Assembly (NCBI GenBank): GCA_951406725.2
Contig: OX597819.1
Location: forward strand, 108,190,001 to 108,254,000
Length of the DNA: 64,000 bases
Direction of reading: 5' to 3'
Source of the DNA: Octopus vulgaris
Lineage: Eukaryota
The position numbers and the translations under genes are program-made. Below are positions 1-12,563 of the stretch, in pieces (the first letter of the stretch is position 1; every line of letters starts with the position of its first letter). A model generated the notes under the pieces. That model was not told the DNA's origin, did no database searches, and saw only the letters and a list, made by a program, of their open reading frames with translations.

Positions 1-188
1 AATTTCAGGGGAGAGAGTAAATCGGTTACATCAATTCCAGTGCTCCACTGGTACTTATTTTATTGACTCCAAAAGGATAGAGAGGCAAAGTCAACCTTGA
101 CAGAATTTGAACTCAGAATGTAAAGATAAACAAAATGCAGCTAAGCATTTTGCCAAGCATGCTAACAATTCTGTCAGTGTGCCATCTT
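1..188 (-). mobile_element. SINE, family B
   Basis: Reverse-complement match to the repeated unit at 59985-60213 (gcaaagtcaacctt..gaatttgaactcagaa..gctaagcatttt). Confidence 0.75.
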
Positions 189-214
189 AACAACAACAAC
201 AATAATAATAATAA

Positions 215-1865
215 TGGGAAACTGAAGACCTCACATTCAGTGGTGTTGGATGTTGATAGAGTCGTAAAAGAACTCGAGCAGGAACAAACTTACAAATACC
301 TCAGAATAAATGAGGGCTCTGGCATTTAGCATGCAAGCATGAAAGAGAAGATCAGGAAGGAATGTTACAGGAGAGTTTGAACAGTCCTAAAATCCAAGTT
401 AAATGCCAGTAACAAGGTGTGAGCTATAAATTCCTTAGCAGTTCTGGTTGTTATTTACAGTTTCAATGGGTTGAACTGGAATATGAGTGAAATAAGGAAG
501 AGTGACAGGAAAATCTGTAAGCTGCTGACTTGATGCACCACCCAAAGGCAGATGCCAGATCGTCTTTACCTATCCAGAGCTCAAGGAGGTTGAGGCTTGA
601 TCCAATTTCAAATCTACAAAACCACCACAGTTGGACTGACAAAATATCTTGAAACATCTAATGACCGGATGCTAAAGCTCATTGAAAACTGTGAAAGACG
701 TAAGAAGCTTCATTCTGTTATGACGGAGAGCAAAAACTTTTCAAGTGAGTTTATGCATAATACCAAGGTTGGATAGCATGGGGGAAGTGCAGCAACTGTT
801 GTTGCAAAGGTGAAATCAATAGCTAAGCAAAATGCACTTGAACAATTGGCTGATAGGTGAGAACAAAAACTTCTGCATGGCAAATATGTGGTCCATAGCA
901 AACAAGTTAATGTAAACAGAAGCACATGCATCAGTGGTTACAGAGGTCAGGGCTAAAGGCAGAGAGTGAAGACTTTATCTTGGCTGCCCAAGATTAGAGC
1001 TTATTAACCTGGAGCTATCAAGCCAATGTGATGAAAAATGGTGTAGACCCAAAGTGCCAATACTGCAATGATGGGATAGAAACAGTTGGCCACCTGATCT
1101 CTGGATGCAAGGTTTTAGCACCTGTAGAGTACAAATCAAGACATGACAGGGTTGGCCAATATCTACATTGGATAATGTGTTGGCATTATTAAATCAAAAC
1201 TGCTGACAAACGATACAAGCACCACCCTGAGGCTGTAACTGAAGAAGAAAATGTAGCTATTCTTTGGGACTTCCCAGTATGTACAGATCGGACAATTAAG
1301 GCAAATAAACCAGATATTGTTGTGAAAGACAAAAAAAGCAATAAAGTCTGTTTATTGACTGACATGACCATAACATCTCGGCAAAAGAATTTGATAAGCT
1401 CAGAAAATATAAAGATCTGCTAATCGAAATCAAAAAGATGTGGCATCTCAAGATGGTTGCAATACCAGTGAATGTAGGAGCACTTGGAATGATAAAAAAA
1501 GGAACTGGAAATTATTTAAGAATGATCCCTGGCTTATCACCTATGCAGGAAGTGCAAAAGATTGTCTTAACTGGTACATCACATGTACTGAGAAGAGCAC
1601 TATCACTGTGATTATTTTCCCCTTTTTTCCTCCTTTATTTTATTTGTTTACCTTCTATTTTTTATTTTTTCCTTTTCTCTGTCTTCCCCTTTTTATCTAT
1701 CACACGACTCTGTAAATGAACAATTTGGTGTGCTTGTTTTAATGGCCTACCAATGTATACAGTATGTTTCTCTGCCCTAGGTATCAGGAAGCCACTTGGC
1801 AAAAGAAGGAAACAGAATTGAAAGAAGATGCTAATGAAAATAATAATAATAATAATAATAATAAT
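215..1865 (+). mobile_element. 5'-truncated, decayed Dong/R4-like non-LTR retrotransposon (RT C-terminus, CCHC knuckle, restriction-like endonuclease)
   Basis: Broken frames contain YKYLRI, RLYLSRAQGG, GLKAESEDFILAAQD, KCQYC..ETVGHLISGC, RHDRVGQYLHW, WDFPV..ANKPDIVVKDK and EVQKIVLTGTSHVLRRAL. It is flanked by (AAC/AAT)n at about 189-214 and (AAT)n at about 1839-1865, consistent with TAA-repeat targeting by Dong. Many stops and frameshifts. Confidence 0.85.
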
Positions 1866-2260
1866 GCAGGACATGCCAGAAAAAAAAACCTCCAATATTT
1901 TACTTAACCATTGGAGTGATGCTAGTGAAGTAATGCCAGTGATTATGGTGTCTTCATGTAGTTAATGTTTTATCATTTCTTTTCAGTTTGCATCATGGTT
2001 TGGACTGGGACACATTCTGTTCACAGTTGAAACAACTATCAAGAGAGGTGAATCTGAGGTGTTTTGGTCACACCTAATAATACTTCAGATTTTTAAAAAT
2101 AATTTAGTGTATAGACTTATGAATAAATGTAGGGTATTACTGGTACATATTTTGAACCATGATCTTTGGTCAATGAGCAACAGAAAAAGAAAGATCTGAA
2201 TTAAGAATAACAACAACAATCAAAAGAGAAAGAAAGAATGAAAGAGTAAAAACATGAGTA

Positions 2261-2309
<49 letters not shown>

Positions 2310-2502
2310 GTGAGTGAGAGAAAGAGAAAGGAAGAAAAAAGGAAATAGATAAACAAGTAGAAAGCTGTAAAGAAGGAATGAGTGAGAAGGATGGAGAGGG
2401 AGTAGAGAAATATTTAGAAAGAGTAAAGAAGGAACAATGAAAATAATAGAGAAAGAGAGGGAGGGAGGGGAAAATTAGTAAAAAAAAGTATTAGTTACTT
2501 AC

Positions 2503-2652
2503 CAATCTCGTTCCAAGTTTGATCCAGTGTCAGTGAGGGTGGCAGTGACTGTAGCACTTTTCTGTCTCTCACTAACGTCCACAGTGATTTGCCAAGGACT
2601 GTCGGCAAGGCCGCTGGCTCCGAGTATTCGTAGTCCATTCCTTGTACGAGCT
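2503..2652 (-). CDS. TMEM132: TMEM132-family gene, next coding exon (equivalent to vertebrate exon 3), 150 bp
   Basis: Acceptor is ttgccAG (plus 2653-2654) and donor is GTaagtaa (plus 2501-2502). Read in phase 2 it gives (R)ARTRNGLRILGASGLADSPWQITVDVSERQKSATVTATLTDTGSNLERD, continuing the previous exon in frame and resembling TMEM132 AKVKKGVNIIG..W. This is a different frame from the listed ORF 2495..2908. Confidence 0.88.
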
Positions 2653-3231
2653 CTGGCAACAACAACAACAACAACAATAACATCAATATAAGCATTACAA
2701 CATCACCACCAGTAACATTATCATCAACAGCTTCAACCTCACAACCATCATTATCATCACCACCAACACCACCAGTAACATTATCATCAACAGCTTCAAC
2801 CTCACAACCAACATTATCATCACCACCAACAGCTACAGTATTAGTCTCACCATTACTTACTAATATCACCATGAACATCATCATCACCAATACTGTTAAC
2901 ATCATCACTTTGCATCACCAACACTTCACCATCAATATCACCGTTAACATCATCCCCATCGACATCATTATCAACAACATCATCATCAACATCAATATCA
3001 TCATCACCATCACCATTCTTTTTAACATCACTATTAGAATCAACATCATTGTTATCATCAGCATCAAGACCACCAGCAATATCTCCAATATTATAAAAAT
3101 TATCAGCATCACTAATAACTTCAGTTAATAACATCACATCAATATCACATGGCCATTAACAATGTCATTAAGAGCCAACAAGTGAGTTTTGGGGCAGTCA
3201 TTTGACCTGCCAAAAATTACATCCAATCTCC

Positions 3232-3796
3232 TTTAACCCTTTATCATTTAAACCAACCATCATCATCGTTTAACGTCCGTTTTCCATGCTAGCATGGGTT
3301 GGACGGTTCAACAGGGGTCTGGGAAGCCAGAAGGCTGCACCAGGCTCCAGTCTGATCTGGCAGTGTTTCTACAGCTGGATGCCCTTCCTAATGCCAACCA
3401 CTCCGTGAGTGTAGTAGATGCTTTTTACGTGCTACCGGCACAGGTGCCAGGTGAGGTTGGCAACAGCCACGATCGGTTGGTGTTTTTTACGTGCCACCGG
3501 CATGAAAGCCAGTCAAGGCGGCGCTGGCATCAGCCACGTTCAGATGGTGCTTTTTACGTGCCACTGACACAGGGATCACAACTACAATTTCCATTGATTT
3601 TTGCCCATATCCAGCCCAAATATTCTCTCCGTTTTATGCTCAAAGTATCAAAATCTGGCCTCTTACAACTACCCTACAATGCCATTCTAAAAATATACAA
3701 TCATATTGATATCTCAAAAGTACAAGATATTGCAACAGTTCTTCAAAACAACAGGAATTAATAAGTATTAAATTTGAGAAGACATCTCAAAGTTAA
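3232..3796. mobile_element. TTAA-flanked piggyBac-type MITE interrupted by an RTE 3'-end copy at about 3258-3600
   Basis: Starts ttaaccctttatcatttaaac and resumes at about 3603 with sequence similar to the uninterrupted copy at 38418-38617. Confidence 0.6.
3258..3600 (-). mobile_element. RTE-LINE 3'UTR-derived short element with (GAT)n tail
   Basis: The catcatcgtttaacgtccgttttccatgctagcatggg end and internal ttttacgtgccaccggca subrepeats are shared with 8312, 29241, 57260 and, inverted, with 26250-26708 and 30976-31617. Confidence 0.8.
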
Positions 3797-3859
3797 GTCA
3801 ATATGTGGTCATTCTTGCATACAGGTATGTCCCCTGCATCCCTCTTCAGTCAAGTGTTC

Positions 3860-4100
3860 CTAAGATTGCAGGCTCATGAGTGCCAGTGTCACATAAAAAG
3901 CACCCAAGGCAGTGCCATGTAAAAGCACCTTTGCTGGTGCTATATAGAGGCACCCGGTACACTCTGTAGAGTGGTAGGTGTTAGGAAGGGCATCCAGCTG
4001 TAGAAACCATGCCAAAACAGACAAGGAACCCAGGCAGCTCTCCAGCTGGCCAGTTCCTATCAAACCATCCAACATGGAATATTGACGTTAAATGATGACA
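3860..4100 (+). mobile_element. RTE 3'UTR-derived element, older copy
   Basis: Contains ttaggaagggcatccagctgtagaaac and ends gacgttaaatgatgac. Confidence 0.7.
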
Positions 4101-4354
4101 ATTTGATAATCTGTATGTTAAAGACTTAAGTCACATACTACCATATTAGTAAAATACACACTGGATAATGTCATTCAGGATTTCCTTTAAACAAAATTGT
4201 CAACATCATTGTGATCATGAAGATATAGTGACACATTAATAATGAGCAAATGACACCAGTACAGTCCTATCTCTTACTGAAAACTTGTCTTGGTTTATTT
4301 GTTAAGGCCCAACGTTGACAGTTAAGACTTTGGGACAGTGTTCAAATTTTCAAA

Positions 4355-6707
4355 CTAAGGTTAGATTTAATAAGGGTTAAATCACAGATTTCTGAGTTAA
4401 TGTTCTATTTGCAAAAAACATTTGGTGAATGAATGTCAAATCAATCACTACTGTCGTTAAAAAAATGGAAAAGGTTTACCTGAAAAGGAAAAGATATATT
4501 GGATGATGTAAGCTGAAATAAACTATGTCTGAATAGAGAGAATAGTGATGGTTGGAATGTCTGATCACAAGTCTACTTAATCATAGCTGACCTGGTGCTA
4601 AAATGTAGTATTTAATACAAAAAATATTTAATTTGCAGAATCTTCCAAAACTCTGAATGCACTTAGTACCAAACATGCATACATTACAGAAAGGGCAGAT
4701 ACAATAAAAGAAGTAAGAAAATTATAGGAAGAATTAATAACAAAGAGAAATTGAGTGTGGAAACTGATACTCTACTAAAAGTACATTTGATAGTATAGAA
4801 GCTGCATGGACATATAAGATGCACCCCATTTCAGAAGCATGTCTTCAGGAAAAATGTATTTAGTGTATTAGAAATTATGGAATATATGATCCTGGGTTGT
4901 ATATACTTAACATATATGTTTCAAAGATTACCCTGAGTGATTTTTGGGACATTTTGGGGGAGAAAAAAGTGTGTCTTAGATACCATCAAATTCAGTGAAA
5001 AAACCTGACTGCAACCAATAACAAATCAATCACTACTGTCTTTTAAAAAATGGAAGAGACATATTGAATTATGTAAGCTGAAAATAAACTGCTCAGAAGC
5101 AGTGTCTCCCAAAGACACATTCTGAAACAAAATATCAAGCTGGATTGCAGCTCATGTAGTATTTAATACACAAAATATTCCATTTGCAGAATCTTCTGAA
5201 ACACTGAATGCACTTCAGTACCAAACATGCATATTATCAGTGTTGGGTATCCAGCAGTATATAATGAGATGGAAGCCTTAAGAAGGGAAAGATGGCAGAA
5301 GCCACAAAGATTATAGTAGAAAATGTAAATAGTGAGAGTCTCTGAGATATGCAAGTTCATATGGACAAAAAGATGGGTTGTATATACTTAACATTACCTC
5401 AAAGATTACCCTGAGTAATTTTTGGGACATTTTGGGGGAGAAAAAGTGTGTCTTAGATACCATCAAATTCAGGGGTTGCCTAAATGACAATAATATGTTA
5501 AGAAAAGAAGTTGAAAAACTCTTCATATATAAAGACATAAAGACTGAAACAGTGAGAATATGGAATATGGACACAAGAATATTATATTTTTGAGGAACTA
5601 TCCAATTAAAAATCTATAAACATCCTCACTGGATGGTATTTGTCTATATTCTTTTCTTTTGTTTTTTGTTTTTTTTCCCTCCAGAAAGAAAAGAAAAACA
5701 TAAACAAATAACTGATAGGTTTTAATAAAATAACTCTTCCAAAATATAACAATATTGGTTTCAACATTTGGGTTCTTATCAAAATTCTTGCAAAACAAAT
5801 TCAGAGATGAAAGACACAAAAATAGTCCCAGACATATAGGAGTGCCAGTGCAATGAGTTGTAAAGTATGGTATGGAAAAAGAATCAAAGAATTGCCTGAG
5901 AGACCTTACATATATGAAGTTTAGAAAATAGAACTCCTAAGAAGTATACATTTTCTGAATAAGATATTATTTATAAAATAGCCCTACTCTACAGTTGCAG
6001 AATAATTTCTGTAAGATAGTAGAGTCAATATCAAAGAAATTTAGGAAAACGAGATATACTAAGGTTAGGTTTAATAAGGGTTAAATTACAGATTTCTAAG
6101 ATAATGTTCAATTTGCAAAAAACATCTGGTAAATGAATGTCAAATCAATCACTACTGTCTTTTAAAAAAATGGAAGAGACATATTGAATTATGTAAGCTG
6201 AAAATAAACTATGTCTGAATAGAGAGAATAGTGATGGTTGGAATGTCTCTGATCACAAGTCTGCTTAATCATAGTTGACCTGGTGCTAAAATGTAGTATT
6301 TAATACACAAAATATTCCATTTGCAGAATCTTCTGAAACACTGAATGCACTTAGTACCAAACATGCATAACATTACAGAAAGGGCAGATACAATAAAAGA
6401 AGTAAGAAAATTATAGGAAGAATTAATAACAAAGAGAAATTAAGTGTAGGAACTGATACTCTACTAAAAGCATATTTGATAGTATAGAAGATGCATGGAC
6501 ATATAAGATGCAACCCATTTCAGAGGCATGTCTTCAGGAAAAAAAAAAGTATTTAGTGCATTAGAGATTATGGAATATGTTATCCTGGGTTGTATATACT
6601 TAACATATATGTCTCAAAGATTACCCTGAGTAATTTTTGGGACATTTTGGGGGAGAAAAAAATGTGTCTTAGATACCATCAAATTCAGTGAAAAAACCTG
6701 ACTGCAA
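4355..6707 (+). repeat. Local direct duplication of about 650 bp (4355-5014 and 6058-6707) with partial third copies between them
   Basis: Both copies begin actaaggttag.tttaataagggttaaat and end aaacctgactgcaa. Fragments recur at about 5022-5235 and 5374-5472. Confidence 0.9.
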
Positions 6708-8254
6708 TGATCTTGTCAAAAAGATGAAAAGGAACAGAGAAAAGTAAAGAGTGTTCTTGTGGTATTTGAAGCAACACCCAAACTGTCACCTAAAATGCTG
6801 AGGGATATTAGAACTGAGAGACCCAAATAGTGGACTTGCAGAAAAGTGCCATTCTGTATTCTGCAATTATCTTTCAAAAATTCTTACCAAACCTGAGGAT
6901 AACATCTCTGTTAACTAAATTAGCAAGTAATAACTATTACTACCACCCAGCCAAAAGTATAAAAGTAATAATTCCTTTTAACATTTTCCTCATTTTTTAA
7001 ACCTTTTTATTATCATTCTTTTAAAAGGAACATCCTAGTCCATCATACACACACAAGACAAACTATTTTTGTATCTATATAGGAAATGTAGTTGTCGAGG
7101 TGGTAAACCATGAATGAATGAATAAATAATGAACAAAGATACTGCAGGAAAACAAATAATCTTACTTCATCCTCCAACACCCATTATCTCATTAACTACA
7201 TCATGGTCATGACTAACAGCGAAGATGAGAGAAAGGACAAAACAAACAATACTGAATTGATACACATAGAAAATGTAGGGTGGGGGGAGAGAGGCTGACG
7301 GCTGAATTACAGCAATCAGATGAAAGTGGCAGTAGAAATTACAATGGATGAAGGCTCATAATGGTCATAATTTGTTTGTACACTTGATCAGAGAATTACA
7401 CAATTATGATGTAACTTCACAAAACAGTGTATCCTGTCAATTGTATTATATTATACTATAATAAGTTCTGCTAACCTGGTGTTGAATGCTTTTGCCTCTT
7501 ATATATGACAATCACACGCACACACACACACACAGAGTTATATAAACATTTGTAACTCTCTATATACACACACACACACACATATATATCCATGAATATG
7601 CACATATGCATGCATATATGTGTGTGTGTATCTGTCTTTATCTGTATGTATGTATGTATGTGTGTATGTATGTGTGTGAGTGTGTGTATGTATATATATA
7701 TACATATGTAAACGCATGCACATTCAATGTGTGTATTTTCAATTTGTTAGTACTTCTGTGTAATTTTCAAACATTATATATATATATATACATATATACA
7801 TATATACATATACACACACACACTACTGCTTTGAGTGTGGGAGGGGTTCAGGTTGCCAGAGTTGGTAAGTAGTAAATGAAGAGGGAAAAACAGATGAATG
7901 AACAAATTCTGCTTTACCCCTACAACCATTCTCCTTTCCTCACCACCACCTGACTATAAAACACCAGAGCAAATACCACTAGGTATTTTGTTCCACACGC
8001 TAAAGATTCTGCTAGTACTGTTACCAACACACCCTCCACACTCTCAACAGCAGCAGAACTAGTAACAACAGAGGAAGGTTTTATCACAGCAGACTCAGTT
8101 GGCTCCCTCCCACACTGTTACTGCAACTAATCCTTCACCCACCTGAACAGATGTGATGTAGTGTATATCAAAGTAGGAGTGTTCATGGTGAAAGGTTACA
8201 AAAGCTGTTCTCCTCTCAGGTATCAGATAAACTGCTTCCTTGACTAAACAAAGT

Positions 8255-8311
<57 letters not shown>

Positions 8312-8314
<3 letters not shown>

Positions 8315-8710
8315 TCATCATCGTTTAACGTCCGCTTTCTCTGCTGGCATGGGTTGGATGGTTTGAGGACTGGCAAGCCAGATAGCTGCACCAGGCTCCA
8401 ATCTTGATCTGGCAGAGTTTCTACAGCTGGATGCCCTTCCTAATGCCAACCACTCCTAGAGTGTAGTGGGTGCTTTTATGTGCCACTGGCACAAGGGCCA
8501 GTCAGGCGGTACTGGTGACGGCCACTCTCAAATGATGATTTTTATATGCCACCTGCACAGGAGACCAGTCCAGCGGCACTGGCAACGACCTCGCTTGAAT
8601 GTGGTTTTTCACATGCCAGTAAGGCAACGCTGGTAACGATCACACTTGAAAGTTGCTTTTTATGTGCCACTGGCACAGGAGCCAGTCAGCAATGATCACG
8701 CTCAGATGGT

Positions 8711-8712
<2 letters not shown>
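8312..8712 (-). mobile_element. RTE 3'UTR-derived element next to a (TA)n tract
   Basis: Same tail and body as 3258-3600. Confidence 0.8.
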
Positions 8713-8748
<36 letters not shown>

Positions 8749-8752
8749 TGCT

Positions 8753-8784
<32 letters not shown>

Positions 8785-9539
8785 AATACATATATCATCA
8801 TCACTACGTGTGTATGTATGTGTGTATGCATGTATAAAATTTAGATGCAACCATCTAAGTGGATGTGCAGTTAAGAATTTTCCTGTGCAATCAAGTCATT
8901 TTGGATTCAATCCCACTGTGCTCCATCTTCAGCGAGTGTCTTCTAATATATCTCCAAGCATTAGTTTCTACTATAGCTCCAAGCACTAGGCCTGTGAGAG
9001 GATTTGGTAAATGGAAACTCAAAGAAGCCACACCAGTGTATGCACATATATGTTTGTGTTTGTTCACAATTGCACCAATGAAAGTCGCTTACTTCAAGCA
9101 GTGTGGCTGTTTTCACTTCTCTTTTCAATAAATCATCCACTTAGAGTATCAGTTTTCATACTCAATTACTAATTTTTATTTTTAAGTTTTTATTTTTAAT
9201 TAACTTTTTAATTTTTTTATTTTACCTTACTTTAATATATTGTTTTATTTTATTTTGATCTCAATCATACATGAACACACTGAGTTTTTTTTTTTTGTTT
9301 TACCAAAGTCTCATAGTCACATCTTGAAGAGTTGGTCCGCTTGAATGATCAAACAACTCACTGATGGCCTTTGGCTTAACATCAATGGTTTTTTTCCCTC
9401 CTATATTAAACATGCTTGCAACAGTTGAAGAACAAAGGGTATCAAATAAATTACTGTCAAGAAGCTCAGAGTTTTGAATGTAAGTGTTCCATGCTTGTCT
9501 AGTTGTGTCTGTGTGTGCATGCATGTGTGTGTAAGATGA

Positions 9540-10470
9540 ACAGGAGCCATGAAGACCACAGATCCATGGGAACTGATTTCCTCAACTGTCCCAGTGGCTC
9601 TAGAAGTTGTAGATAATTTTTGATACCTAGGTAACCTAATTAGCACTGGAAGAAATTGTATGGAAAGTGTAATTGCTAGAATAAGAATAAGATGGAGAAA
9701 GTTCAAATAACTTTTACTCCTGTTAGCAACCAAAGGTCTATCTTTCTGAGTGAAGGGAAAATTGTATGATGTATGTGTATGAACTGCAATGCTGTATGGT
9801 AATCAGATGTGAGCCAAGAATGTAGAGGATATGTGAAAGCTGGAGAGGAACAAAGCTGGTATGTTCTGCTTGATGTGTGATGTCAGTGTGTGCATGTGTG
9901 ACAGAGCACTGTTGTACTGAGAGAGAATTTGGGCATAAGAGGAATTATATGCAGTGTATAAGCAAGGGGACTGTGCTGGTTTGGTTATGTGAGGCAGGTG
10001 GATAAGGACAGTTGCTTAAAGAAATGTCAATCACAAAGTGGTGGAAAATTGTGGAAGAGGGAGACCCAGGAAACATAGGACAAAGTATTGAAGGCTGATC
10101 TCAAAACACTAAGCCTTATAAAGGAGATGAAAGAGAACTGAGATATGCAGCTCATTGCTGTACTCAAGGAGATCCACTCACCACATCAGAACTGAGATCT
10201 TAAAATCAAGCTGCCATGTAAAAAGAGCATTGATGTATTAAAAAGCTGCAGTGTAAAAAAGCATTGGTGCCATGTAAAAAGCACTGGTGATGGTGTCACT
10301 AAAAAAGCACTCAGTACACTTTGTAAAGTGGTTGGCATTAGAAAGGACATTCAGCTATAGAAAGCAAGCCAAAACAGAATATGGAACTTGGTGTCGCCAT
10401 GCCAGTTCCTGTCAAGTCATCTAACTCATGCCAGCATGGAAAATGGACATTAAATGTTGATGATGATGGT
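9540..10470 (+). mobile_element. Decayed RTE-clade LINE 3' part (RT C-terminus, 3'UTR, (GAT)n tail)
   Basis: Reads LEVVDNF*YLG..ARIRIRWRKFK*LL..KGKLYDVCV*TAMLYG and later GRGRPRK, followed by taaaaagcac subrepeats and the shared 3' tail. Confidence 0.85.
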
Positions 10471-10629
10471 AACAGTGATGGTAACACACACACACACACA
10501 CACACATTTACATAAACACATACATGTATAATAATATGCAGACACACATGTATACATACATACACATATAACAATACAGCCCCTGAGGTAGGGCTTGATA
10601 AATGTATCAAAGTTCAGATAAGTACTCAC

Positions 10630-11488
10630 CGAATCACAAATACTTGGACATCAGAGTCAGCTTCCAATTTAATTGGAACATAGAACAGCGATCCTGGACG
10701 GTAGGTTGCTGTGGGGACAGAGATAATGACATGCTTTTCTTCTATGTCTTTGTACTCTTCGTCGTTGGATGAAAGTGAGAGGGTGGTCAGGTAGCGCCGG
10801 TTCTCTGTAACTATTTCAGCTGCAGCATCCGAGTCGTTGGTTTGTAATGCTGCACTGGAAACATATGTGGGATTTCCACACTCCTCATTCTTGTTGATGC
10901 CAGTCACTGTATAGTAGACAGTGACTGTTGTTTTGTTTGGTGATACCCACCACTCCTCAGGCACCTCCACACCAGCCACGCAACCGTTGTACTTGTCGTT
11001 GAGCAGGCAGGCTGCGGTCAGCTCATCGTCAAGATGCTGCACGAACACCTGCCCACACCAACGACGCCTCGACGGAAACGTCGACAGCAGTAGTGCTGTC
11101 TGTTTGCCAGATGAAGAACCACCAACACCTCCACTATCCCCTCGATCGTTCCCACCATTACCATAATTCATCATTCCAGCATGGATGAGGATTTGCAACA
11201 TGGGGCTGTCTGGCGTGATTTTTGAGGAGACCAAGTGGACGCTGATGTCTCGCCCATCCATTGTGAAACGGTCAAGAATGTTTGAGTCATTGTATGTTGA
11301 TGTGTCCAGAAGATGTCTGGGAATGGGCTTCTCAGAGAAGAAAGGCCCCAGCTGTGCCTGCACCACAGGTAATTCTCCTGTTGGTTCTGTTATTATCAAT
11401 GATTCTTGTTGTGTCTGGGGACTGTGATGTTGAAATTTCAGGAAGTAACCATCATTGGGATTTTTTAACCTGATATCAACTCCACTCA
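10630..11488 (-). CDS. TMEM132: TMEM132-family transmembrane protein, large N-terminal coding exon (equivalent to vertebrate exon 2)
   Basis: Open frame of about 286 codons. Acceptor is attctttttcAG (plus 11489-11490) and donor is GTgagta (plus 10623-10629). The exon starts in phase 1 and ends in phase 2. Motifs GYFLK..QQESLII..LPVVQAQLGPFFSEKPIP, CVAGVEVPEEWW, VTVYYTV and terminal VQVFVIR match my recollection of TMEM132 (FFLKE..ESF..LPVLNASYGPFS, CVAELEL..WF, VELYYTV, FTLR). Recognised by eye, no search run. Confidence 0.9.
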
Positions 11489-11807
11489 CTGAAAAAGAAT
11501 AAAATAGGAAGACTTAAGAATGCATAGCAATGATAATAAAAGTGATAATTACAACGATGATGATAGTGATGATGATGATGATGATGATGACAATGATGAT
11601 AACAACAACAATTGTGGTAGTGGTGGTGATGATGATGATGATGATGATGGTGATGATGATGGTGATGCTGCTGCTGATGTTGATGCAAAGACCACTGGTT
11701 GGACAAGCAAAAAAAAAAATATAAAAAATATCAGATATATAAGTAGATTAACAAACAGATGACCATTTAGGTAGGTGCTTAAACAGAATTTCAAGCATCA
11801 GTTAGAC

Positions 11808-12563
11808 CAGTGATTCTCAACTAGGGTCCATATGGCTCTTGAGGGTCCTTATAAGATTTTTGAGAGTCCACACAACAAAATAGTAAATTGGGGATCCATA
11901 AAAGTATTTTAAGGGCCTGTAGAAAAATTTTGCTTTCAGTGTATGTACTGGTTTATAATGCAAGAAACAGCTAGGTTTTTACGTCTAATGTTTTACATGG
12001 TTCAACCTACACAAGCTAATGTGGGAAAAACAAAGTAGGAACTTTAAAAGAAGTTCTATAAAACCAGCTTTTAAACATCGAATGGCTAAGGGGGTCCACC
12101 AGAATAAAATAATAATCAAAGGTGTCCATAGATAAAAAAAATCGTTGAGGTACAGGAGTGGCTGTGTGGTAAGTGGCTTGCTTACCAACCACATGGCTCC
12201 GGGTTCATTCCCACTGCATGGCACTTTGGGCAAGTGTCTTCTGCTATAATCTTGGGCTGACCAAAGCCTTGTGAGTGGATTTGATAGACGGAAACTTAAA
12301 GAAGCCTGTCATATATATATATATATATATATATACGTGTGTGTGTGTGTGTTTGTGTGTCTGTGTTTGTCCCCCCAACATCGCTTGACAACTGATTGGT
12401 GGTGTGTTTACGTCTCTGTAACTTCACAGTTCGGCAAAAGTGACCAATAGAATAAGTACTAGGCTTCCAAAGAAGAAGTCTTGGGGTCAATTTGCTCGAC
12501 TAAAGGCGGTGCTCCAGCATGGCCGCAGTCAAATGACTGAAACAAGTAAAAGAGTAACCCCTG
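11808..12563. mobile_element. hAT-type MITE with a SINE nested in its right TIR
   Basis: Ends are CAGTGATTCTCAAC and GTTGAG|AACCCCTG. Perfect 8-bp TSD AGTTAGAC at 11800-11807 and 12564-12571. Confidence 0.88.
12149..12555 (+). mobile_element. tRNA-derived SINE, family A, full length
   Basis: A-box-like TGGCTGTGTGG, B-box-like GGTTCATTCCC, central (TA)(TG) microsatellite and a taaaagag tail. Highly similar to 34014-34434. Confidence 0.85.

Noticed and set aside
2495-2908. 137-aa ORF overlapping the small exon
   Set aside because: It is in the wrong frame and its N-terminal part is GAT/GTT microsatellite. The phase-2 frame gives the TMEM132-like peptide.
10626-11489. Standalone 287-aa gene starting at GTG
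   Set aside because: The apparent start overlaps the AG acceptor and the stop lies in the GTGAGT donor, so it is an internal exon.
11476-11794. Poly-His, poly-Asp, poly-Met and poly-Ser ORFs
   Set aside because: These are translations of a (GAT)n microsatellite. The same applies to the YI, HT and CV repeat ORFs throughout the window.
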